NCBI GenBank assembly: GCA_934756675.1
Contig: CAKVLG010000002.1
Span: 339 to 64,338, forward strand
Length of the DNA stretch: 64,000 nt
Source of the DNA: an uncultured Clostridia bacterium
Lineage (GTDB): Bacteria; Bacillota; Clostridia; Christensenellales; UBA1242
Direction: 5' to 3'
Part shown: positions 59,001 through 64,000 of the stretch, piece after piece
How positions within the stretch are numbered: the first letter of the stretch is position 1
Layout: each line of letters opens with the position of its first letter
Program-made: the position numbers and the translations under genes
The notes under the pieces: generated by a model
What the model was told of the DNA's origin: nothing
Database searches by the model: none
The model's input: only the letters and a program-made list of their open reading frames with translations

Positions 59001-62000
59001 TGGACCATATTGGGTTGCACCAGATTTATCTTCGCCTTCAATAACAACAGATTGAATATTAAGCATATATATTCTTAAACCTGTTAAGTTGAAGTAGTTG
59101 ATGAAACCACCAACAAATGGACCAACATATTTATAGTTTGTTATATGTGAGTTTCTGATAATGTATTTTACGCATTCATAGATTGCGTTCATATCAGAAA
59201 CCGCTCTTTTGCCAGGCTCAGGGTCAGCGATAGCTACACTGTTACTACCAAACAAGTCATTGATTTCTTCGTAACCTTCAGCTCTATTAGCTGGCTTGTA
59301 ACCTTTTACCACTTTTGTAGAAACACCAGCAACAAAGAATGCATGGTCGTTTTTAACTTGTTTGCTCAACTCTTGAAGGATAGCTTCGACTGAAGTATAG
59401 TTTGCAGTTGCCACTTGAACTTTGTTATAAGCTTCTTTTGTAATTCTATCACCAAGAACGCTACTTACTATTCTCCACTCTTTAAGGTTGAATGCACCTT
59501 TTGAAGCGTTGAGTGTGATGTAGTCAGAAACGTATTTGCCATTGTTATCGATAAGGTTAAAGTATTGTGAGTAGTATTCATATGTTTTAGCCTTACCAGC
59601 CATAATGTCAGAAACAATAGATTGTGCACGGTATGGGTGACGAACTAGGTGAGCGTTGTCGTTGTATGTTGTGTCCATTGCAACGTTTGTTTCTTGACGG
59701 TTGGCATCTGTACCAACGTTAATGTTTCTGTCGAATGTGATTTTAAAGATGTAATAGAAGAAGTCTACTTTGTCTTCAATAGAACCTTCTACGTTCTTTT
59801 TAACATATTCGTCTGTTGGACTGACGATAGGTTCAACGTTAAATTGAGTCGAACCATAGCCGAGCGTATGAATGTTAAACTCTTGACCACGTGCTACACG
59901 AACAATAAATATTGCTGTAGTGTTTGTGTCAAAGTACATGTTTTTGTTAACAAGGTCACCGTTTGATTCGTGAGAGATCCAATAAGTTGCACCATTAGAT
60001 GGGGCAATATGGTCGAGTAATGTACTATAAACATTTCCGCCGTGGTAGTTGCCAGCAATGTTAATTATGCTTTTGAGTTCAGCTTGTTTATCAGAGCCAC
60101 CAGAACTACGTGAGTTTTTGTTGTATAGGTATAATTTTTCGCCGTATGTGTTTATATTTTGAGTCGTTTTATCTGTGGCGGTTAAATCGTTACCATATTC
60201 GTCAGTACGAACAAATAGAGTAGAGCGGTCGTTGTTTATTGCGTCTGTGTTGTAGTAATAGATATCGAGAACTGTGATGCCAGATTCGGTATCAGAAGCT
60301 TCTGCCACAGTATTGAGCTTGTAGTTTTCGATGAATTTTGCAACAAAACGCATATTAGAGTGAAGTCTAGAAATTGTAATTGTGTTGCCGTCAACATAAA
60401 TATTTCCGTTTTCGCGGATACGGTAATATCTGTTAAACATTACACCATTTACATTATAAGACTTGTCTGGGCCTTTGAATGCAACAATATTATCGAAGTT
60501 TGTAATGCCACGACTTGTGTCTATTGCACTATAGCGTTTGTTATAAGCAGCTGTATCATTTTTAATGGTATAAGCACGGTCAGCAAGTTCATAGTAGGTG
60601 AGTGTATAAACATCAAGTGTTCTGCCACCACCAACAGGCTTTGTGAATTCTGCATCGTAGTAATATTCGCCATACAATGAGTTTTCATAAACTTGAACAT
60701 ATCGGTTGTTTTGATTTATGAATGTTCCACGAACTTTGTTTAGCATATTATTTGGAACAATTGCTTCTTTGTTATGGTCTTTGTCGTAATAGAATTTAGG
60801 GTAAACATATTCACCGTTAACTACTTCAACTTTGCCCTTAGAGAAAGTTGTGATGTAGTAATATTTATCTTCTGCACTGTTGTAAATAGCAGGGATATAT
60901 TCATCTGTATAAGTACTTGTAGCATCTGTTAATTTTTTATTGTCTAGAATCCATGTGCCAGATTTTTCGTCGTAGTGTGCCATGTACCAACCTTCGAAAC
61001 GGTAACCATAGTCTGGTGATGCAGTCATGATTACGCGAGTGTCGCGGTCGAAGTATGCGCTCTTGTATTTAAGCAATGTGTTAATATTGCCGTCTGCATC
61101 TTGATATAATTCACCAGCGAGCAAGTTATTTACATTGTTAGAATAATAACCGTCGCCACTTAAAACTGACTTGATTGTTGGAACAAATGTAAATGTCTTA
61201 TCGAATGCACCAGCAAACATGTCGCCTTTTTTAATGTCAGCTACTGATAAACGTTTAGATTGATAAGCTGAAGCTATTGTTTGTATCGAAACAGAGTAGA
61301 GTTTGTTTGATGTGTAATCAAGATAGGCAAACATGCCAACAGAATTTAAGTTATTTTCAATGTTTTGCTGAACAGAGTCTGTTAAGAAGTTTGTGTTATA
61401 ACTATATGAAAGATACTTAGATGTTTCACTACTTGTGTCGGTATAATAGAAAGTTTTTGTAGTGCTAATTTCGCTGTATGAATATGGAGAGTATCCAGTT
61501 GTTTCGTTATATGTGGCAGTTCTCGAAATCGTTTGATAACGTAATTTGTAACCAAGAGATGTTATCTCTATAGGGAGAACCCAAACGTCGTTTGTGAAAG
61601 TATAGTTACTACCGCTCTTATTAACAATTGGAGCAGAGTCGTTTGTGTCGCTATTTAACAACATTAAGTTTTCATTGTTTACAATATTGAAACTGTTGCC
61701 GTCATAATAGAAGTAAAGATAAGAGTTACCAGTGTCAACTTTGAATATCGTGTAATGGTCTTTATAAGCAAATTGTGGTTCATAAACCCAACGAGTTGGA
61801 TGGTTGTTTTCATCATAGTTTGTAGCAACCCAACCAGATTCAGACATGCTAGTAAGTCCAGGGAAGACAACATATGGTGTAACTTCGATTTCAGAATAGA
61901 AGTAACCATATTTGTTACCAAATTGTGTCTTGTAATATTCGAAGACATACATTTGGTAATCTCTTTGTGTGTCTGCGTTAATACTTTGACCATTCTTAAA

Positions 62001-64000
62001 TCTGTATGTAACATTACCACCAAGGTTATTAGAACCGTCGATGATTTGTGTACCAGCAGAGATTGTTAATACACGTTCGTAAACTGGCATGCACAAGTAA
62101 TAACCAGCATATTTTGATTCGAATTGAAGAACTGCGCCAGTGTTAGCGTAGTTGCCATTAGCATCGTAAGTTAATTCGTTATTTAGATAGATAATTTCGC
62201 TGTTATATCTTGTGTAGATCATCCAGTGAGAGAATCTATAGATAAAGTTTTGTGAGTAATTGTCTGAATTTGTGCGGACAATTGGTGTTGCAATAAGCAT
62301 GGCAGTTTCTTTTCCACTAATAAAGAATGGGTCGCTGCTGTCGTATGCGTTGATTGCAGAGATACGGTCAAATGGCCAATAGCCAAGCATATCTTTTGAT
62401 GATGTGTTGAATGCAATGTTTGCTCTATATACGTTTACCACACCAGCAATCAACACTCTTGAATAATCGTAAACACCAGAAGAATAGGTAGTAGAACCTG
62501 CTGCAATACCTTCTAGTCCTTTGCAGACCGTGTTGTCGTCTGTGTAATCACCAGATGTAAAGTAAAGTGTACCATCTTTACCTTGTTCATAAGCATGAAT
62601 ATCATAGATAGGCAAGTCTTCCATTTTGTTCTCATTCGATTGCCAAATAATTGCATTATCTTGAGTGAGCTTAACAAGCATGTCAGAGCCCTTGTAATTA
62701 ATCATGTAATAAACAAGCTTGTTGTATTTACCAGTTGATGTTTTGCTATCGTTAAAGTAAATATTGTTATCACCTTCGTTAATACCAACACTTTGAATGT
62801 TAAGTGGTGCACCACCGTTATACATTGCAAAGTATTGATAAGATGAATCCATATACCTTTCGGTTTCTGGAAGTGAGTTATATGTTGCTTTATCAACTTG
62901 ATAGTACGCAACGATTGATTTAAATGAAGACTTTTCGATTACATAATATACATTATCAATATAATCATTATTCATAAGGTTGGTCAACGTATCGCGGAAT
63001 GTATATGATGAGAAGTCTAAGATTAAGTCAGAATCGTTTGTCTTTATTTTTGTACCAAGAACTTCAACATAATAAGCTGGTTCAATGCGAAGTGAAAGGT
63101 TAATAATTGCTTCTTCTGTTGCTAAGTGTCTTACAGAATAATAGAGAACAGGGTTAGGGTAAGGTGGGCCATCAAGCAATGATACACCAGGCATACCTTC
63201 GATAACTGAATTTTTTTGCGTGTAGTCAAGTGAATAATAGTGGTTGAAAGCACCGTCAACAGCACCAATTGTGTTGCTGCTATGAATGTCGTTGATTTGG
63301 CTAACTTGATTGCCGTTATCACGTATATACTTAATTAGGTCAGTGAACGTTGGGTAATATTGAGCGTTCTTTGGGTCGTTTGTTGCAATATATTTACCAA
63401 GAACAGTGATAAGCGATTGATCAGAAAGCATAGCAGTTCTAGTTAATAAATTGCTTGAATTTTCTTGTTCATAAACATTTCTTGTTGCTTTGACTGTGTA
63501 CATTACACCAGCATCGCGAAGGATAGTGTAGTATGTAGAGTCTTTAAAGTAGCAAAGTTTTCCGTCGTATATAACAGCGTCTACTGTTTTGCTACCAATA
63601 GTAGCTTTAAGTGTAAGCGTCCCAGCGGTAGCGTCATAACTTTCCTCAACAGTAAGAGTGAAACTTGAGCCGCTTAAACCAAGAACTTTAAACAGTTTAG
63701 CTTCGTCACTTTTCTCACCAGCGGATTTGAGTGTTGTGGTGTAAGTATTTACTATCCTATTGTAATAATATGAATCTTTGAAGTTAAGACCATATCTAAT
63801 AGGGAACACTCTTGTTGATTCGTCGCTCCCTTTTTGGAAAGCTTGAACAACATTAATAACTGAATTATCTGTAGATTTTGTAATTGTGAATGACAATTTT
63901 TGATTGTAATGGATTTCTTCCATCAAATATTGTTCAAAGAGTGCAAGGACAGAGTTGAGGTCGGCATTGTCACTTAATAGTGGCAATATATTTTTGCCTT
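47004..64000 (-). CDS. Giant surface protein of more than 5660 aa (5' end outside the window) with at least 7 InlB B / Flg_new-type repeats, an internal SH3b-like module and a C-terminal glycine-zipper hydrophobic anchor
   Basis: One uninterrupted frame of about 17 kb. The track start codon (63984-63986) is TTG and the frame stays open to nt 64000. [FY]-x-G-W-[YF] repeats lie between about 54.1 and 61.0 kb. The protein ends ...GSGAIGVVAIAGSAILTVVTFGIAGVVIAGCYLV.... Confidence 0.85.
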   Translation of the reverse strand, partial: GKNILPLLSDNADLNSVLALFEQYLMEEIHYNQKLSFTITKSTDNSVINVVQAFQKGSDESTRVFPIRYGLNFKDSYYYNRIVNTYTTTLKSAGEKSDEAKLFKVLGLSGSSFTLTVEESYDATAGTLTLKATIGSKTVDAVIYDGKLCYFKDSTYYTILRDAGVMYTVKATRNVYEQENSSNLLTRTAMLSDQSLITVLGKYIATNDPKNAQYYPTFTDLIKYIRDNGNQVSQINDIHSSNTIGAVDGAFNHYYSLDYTQKNSVIEGMPGVSLLDGPPYPNPVLYYSVRHLATEEAIINLSLRIEPAYYVEVLGTKIKTNDSDLILDFSSYTFRDTLTNLMNNDYIDNVYYVIEKSSFKSIVAYYQVDKATYNSLPETERYMDSSYQYFAMYNGGAPLNIQSVGINEGDNNIYFNDSKTSTGKYNKLVYYMINYKGSDMLVKLTQDNAIIWQSNENKMEDLPIYDIHAYEQGKDGTLYFTSGDYTDDNTVCKGLEGIAAGSTTYSSGVYDYSRVLIAGVVNVYRANIAFNTSSKDMLGYWPFDRISAINAYDSSDPFFISGKETAMLIATPIVRTNSDNYSQNFIYRFSHWMIYTRYNSEIIYLNNELTYDANGNYANTGAVLQFESKYAGYYLCMPVYERVLTISAGTQIIDGSNNLGGNVTYRFKNGQSINADTQRDYQMYVFEYYKTQFGNKYGYFYSEIEVTPYVVFPGLTSMSESGWVATNYDENNHPTRWVYEPQFAYKDHYTIFKVDTGNSYLYFYYDGNSFNIVNNENLMLLNSDTNDSAPIVNKSGSNYTFTNDVWVLPIEITSLGYKLRYQTISRTATYNETTGYSPYSYSEISTTKTFYYTDTSSETSKYLSYSYNTNFLTDSVQQNIENNLNSVGMFAYLDYTSNKLYSVSIQTIASAYQSKRLSVADIKKGDMFAGAFDKTFTFVPTIKSVLSGDGYYSNNVNNLLAGELYQDADGNINTLLKYKSAYFDRDTRVIMTASPDYGYRFEGWYMAHYDEKSGTWILDNKKLTDATSTYTDEYIPAIYNSAEDKYYYITTFSKGKVEVVNGEYVYPKFYYDKDHNKEAIVPNNMLNKVRGTFINQNNRYVQVYENSLYGEYYYDAEFTKPVGGGRTLDVYTLTYYELADRAYTIKNDTAAYNKRYSAIDTSRGITNFDNIVAFKGPDKSYNVNGVMFNRYYRIRENGNIYVDGNTITISRLHSNMRFVAKFIENYKLNTVAEASDTESGITVLDIYYYNTDAINNDRSTLFVRTDEYGNDLTATDKTTQNINTYGEKLYLYNKNSRSSGGSDKQAELKSIINIAGNYHGGNVYSTLLDHIAPSNGATYWISHESNGDLVNKNMYFDTNTTAIFIVRVARGQEFNIHTLGYGSTQFNVEPIVSPTDEYVKKNVEGSIEDKVDFFYYIFKITFDRNINVGTDANRQETNVAMDTTYNDNAHLVRHPYRAQSIVSDIMAGKAKTYEYYSQYFNLIDNNGKYVSDYITLNASKGAFNLKEWRIVSSVLGDRITKEAYNKVQVATANYTSVEAILQELSKQVKNDHAFFVAGVSTKVVKGYKPANRAEGYEEINDLFGSNSVAIADPEPGKRAVSDMNAIYECVKYIIRNSHITNYKYVGPFVGGFINYFNLTGLRIYMLNIQSVVIEGEDKSGATQYGPNPPSLSGTIYTSGGMNGKTFIDGIDEVNLSTPIFYPNASNIGKMSFTKKYGINSPLDSSGNAITTQTGDLSMVENTLVLFEGLLVNGTMEDYLKELEDKGIYFMGWYEAKCNEKTIDVGGGIKKIVREWSDFVLMSTDMNRPYVTHMTADTSIVSLFKKVKNISFTFDASLVNVTMNCTQIDGTPFNVEINGDIGTISGKIAADQQINMTISPAGGARFEFDTSRGILFDKYKANADGTVMVDANGKNVIDNDFEIYCKQIFDYKGKEIEKNDGGGFITRDTKNDLTYLAYNDVAHVTLDMTQFNIYENNKELTTDKIINFTLRMKRIIAVYVDIANFTIDSSNEYPVDVKFARAGDNKTYLTSVDCKKTIVTKNQFKLSALDDTNCKIVHSLASNNLTFFGYFDIDAEAPTISYKIKNTTTTQFHAFYINNYMDEDTASISGLHTTKGGFVNFAIKYKYDANDNDDKMFTYLNDDNKFALRDDNLLYHLKAYIETQNTVEINIKTAETYNSNALTKVNNSSAPNIYLSYNGIRWFDKNAASHNNNGSLIIYNGSSYRDDGSEKNSEFYFGTSNGVETTGSLYLDNLSFVMGGKVYIFAGWFDKDNNFISNNNEATIYNLTTSYYAKFVKAYKVTIKNADNFNGAGYYDLFNTSIARTNNSQSRTYNIETIATIGTDIYKMRGTTLELGVTPLIHYYPTSLTLTGGKTGTMKSNDDKYFITKEDWNKRIEFKPIESTESINSDVTITINYSDTYEFTISDLLYDDRDLNGTSTNLRFNLSVTYNSHNHSNIEVNNFINNTEKEKENKTLYFVKGANVKLYVPSFTINRQYFCVYVKVNNKLLQNTNNYVEIKNVSEDTTVIFDLVKAVNIQHISTLSGSGDSLSLVSNALKLKYLSENWKTTTATLNANDSVYVPAGTIVNAKLQDPDSNKNYYIGTRVNSNSNSSDPFYTYSKSYSIKASDNTKLISIHTKYENYEIYFDINLRNEDKSVQDIYKNFKYIVTYTDLYGVQTKMIISDALKDKKSFTFKVKAGMTVENIDGQFRPLSLTTLIDDKYTETYTNYIVRGDFSTNVKLVGVNNLTVSVETDEVYNQNGQEPVSVTYNGADKNTSNQVLNQINIRYESLSTTGEGPNGEGPKLVARKMVGYTFIGWYINGELVSTTNELTNPSASEYSYTMRQLSYHDKVSSLAVAKYISTRNITVKRNVDYSDSTNDNFKIHYSSIILESAKDNKFSSATDVIKNSEPKLLGTKSSVNFIIAAKSKILLVAESYDGYYFDGWYRTIGDTTIRVSDTYHYQFTDVLNEEYSGNNAVIYEARYYKQYAINTVTQFINDYSDETIVSSDPITITCDANDKIIPDGVTNFYTEKEFGPSSNKTNYDITATATDVGGYYFIGWFVNGTYISNSGNKNLTLTYTIYHSDLHKNVIIEARYAKNINIEIRLAVNDTNIQQEVDDYIKPSEYLDALKIKYKVTNYSIDKNVEFDTNQKVLVKTYTIPFGTYITLNANDKLGEYKFQGNYIYDGEQSSTSTSVYTYNNTYSFVADRDLKFIFKYRDKTTYSYDLVKKYELIDHTGTTVLDASKAPTNLSNNKFTYNSNEYKFIGWYQEIRNSSRPSTYVKLSNNYNYSFTSRDVSNATARFVRIYNIEYKVSYDSKLTNKNFRFDITTNNYYYSVDDINSLITSYSSYINYSVGSDNIIKFSMLVGSYAIDSTTFSGFTNDKSDAVPVTKFDEIKSSTTDNKIYENTIVRFAFDVKYKLVDNVYTDITVTNVKSNTNLERTENTYSSVNYTITLNGNAEYTVIYKNLFTKDNNSSTVVTLNSSSPITFTLNLHGIITFFVTKRDSLNNHLTNINVNGEEITYLFTEFKDLEGKDATNNIRYSSMYQLIQRDAAIADNTIEINYADKFNVIVGNEYSNELNGSVSAVKNSDILTKIYITANEGYAISHIMIRKQSERSYSLLTSSNDVIYIFSADNYNNSSFGTSVNNAISSIITTLKTTEDIYIIPYFVRIGSISFTSKPVNSSDAKQEKYFYYFTETDRDKSTTWNGADMHTTSTLLASGNVTESKIKEILDSSNAGSTMRTIFDTASEEYVSYTYNGLDRDINGSALLFTIPIAVNYSFDVYQIFTKYSKFITYQLIVHVDNEFDLDTSNIKAQIDEYTMKSGGYGEYKTVTLNSTARSNTEIVFEIKTFHLSKILAVRVFEDKTGLKDFKLLGYTNNSDISAENIVYLTTNDSIILSDGLLFNEDTDAGNATNVGTSPDNKNYTLYANFAAVLVYVAMRYEDGAILNTDANNFVASDIDGKKIKYDEESLTFRYPINQSFEFKVSISEKFVGHNNVLTNGTVYDLDLGEGNRLRFTYFVNGNNDKIDRLYQPDQRYNKTLTLNTADIKADTTIYARTTSLYEIGNEINPLEGTNAGDSNTYTSSLEVRAADGWKDIVSYPYFEPGTIVRSTIRANGLVIKAISKDVTGLSNSIDILNFINTTNGEDNWYIYQHEYTLENHTKISADFNKERDREYFVTIATARHGYSYEFKDDKAQKAYDYTAFSYENGEYQYKYFSMTFRTATKKQVEHVATTKNITKVYEKADNSSNVVAEIAAGTNIQLLFGKIVSSDFVKIMVVDGDGNTIIGYALYSDLENDSWGNATLSIILKARTLKIIIDKNYKSNEELQIYSGISAFALPGGKKITYEYYKENEYISKFDTEDTISKLIQYYTKALQNNTYNASFITYFNHVVVSDMAMLTKNLEENYFKILKDEKGNNLEITKNIKWRTTDSKFKDSSGKEQPSLRDRLAALGENDASTVNTAKVKNGTLANIKLDYRQSLIYNAYTDLIKKNQFVTVANSTHNSGKQIKDVDGNIIEGFEKMSTTVTFTARNIDYLFFKGFFYLSNGYYKPLTNYIANISNNEVLNSTTGKVDYANTLYTLTQVRGIDGKLYNEVKEENTDIITDYTITINPLFDCIVVALYEAKSVVVEVRNVEAEIQKAADGSMVMDDNDQPVILPPDRVYDNNVNIGTVHGTLIVEVGSNAYSQVEAYPGFNFIGYNGYLTAKSNDFLNNRKLVDTKGVGINVISWTSNNTLDKLAKENLNSDYATDSGTYSGTLGHDFSLKEVTTLYNTNDAKFLYNKVIKIGDEGKLNKVNYLKLYRLKDDVSINAFYIVQTYVVELRIAEMEGSVINGADSNSTTSFIAYTDKVNQIKRGYIMNGEDRITITPNTDLDGSGYPKQGNPYVYTKQDTNGNQLIVPARIPLGALDLEKSITSKVLLYKNGNKVKDLDGNSIPYVAYSETEDGLFNAKSTSGQVKVYNITSFYGNTQLSQMLNYVMPANTSNLDNKLTCSFNNMIYMLKPGLIQLGINSNIKDINEYGNDAQKRVKLYVDFETKTIRVKILLISENGTFPIIKVQNQLNEGVLDCAQTGVMELYADDMDHNTLYAEEFYKAGKNIPDLNSLTTSTAFITGFYQNLSETNDAPKNLNLIVNLNYLYTVQQITSSVTYSGAGETENKSTGGNRVDYENGNYADKDTHRSLDGTFKTLQTYNGAVTKDGKTTAKIPVFSRDIFKSTAQFISSYDVLMTNFDNYYFTVVRNVKPFVDTLEYLLNEYYSNAEHPTTTDYIKLSKGCKNSLLTYFQNNTNIISDKGWVGWNEFWNIEQKYDNSNETLETLYTQTYLFLTGLLTYITNYATNPVAEYHSTGKVNFAGFKNSLGKTRIRNVKNLYSFFNIMFGTNFKNDSDLNNYFVYDQYNIIQFYKEIKNQIHSGSNFNSGLNIKGYMDSYIDMLNLTYTVNDSVNITATIKVHKRSQYNEAWQEVWMPIMHFKMVGIFPVPYFTIDHVGDILWWASKGYSYLKSVKCVSFSTRNRLDTHSVDTSGHLDASRMDKNYGFSEIMGNIFTSDTSKTGAIANELSFHANYMADVEAFNTAESPCDLNVSLNGNQHIYYGNSSWQALPVGSGAIGVVAIAGSAILTVVTFGIAGVVIAGCYLVADKVINSMPNNSPLRNGFMF

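Overview
AT-rich chromosomal segment (by eye about mid-30s % GC). Shine-Dalgarno-led genes, genomically encoded tRNA CCA ends, and DegV, YpsA/SLOG and ParE/ParC-type genes suggest an uncultured low-GC Firmicutes-like bacterium with a peptidoglycan wall. I saw no transposase, integrase, phage, CRISPR or rRNA signal. Recognisable housekeeping genes are murG (5' partial), galU, tRNA-Arg(CCT), tdk, dapA, a type IIA topoisomerase pair that looks like parE/parC, a NodB-type deacetylase, gltX, an OYE-type enoate/dienoyl reductase, an SLT lytic transglycosylase, an SDR, two tRNA-Leu genes, an ABC exporter, polA and a DegV protein. Between these sit very large envelope proteins with no recognisable catalytic motifs. 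They are a 1223-aa lipoprotein, a 638-aa acidic membrane protein, a 337-aa plus 2283-aa operon built from about eight roughly 190-aa modules, a 605-aa SH3b-rich type I membrane protein, and a single ORF of more than 5660 aa that runs off the right edge of the window. Together these take more than half of the window. Other points worth a second look are a roughly 480-nt non-coding block (32.33-32.81 kb) of about 35-nt repeats in alternating orientation forming long hairpins, a gene pair resembling eukaryotic-type mTERF repeat proteins, a tRNA-Leu whose anticodon reads AAG, a tandem-OB SSB-like protein without the acidic tail, and an array of three divergent GNAT-like paralogs. All functional calls rest on motif recognition by eye and none was checked against a database.
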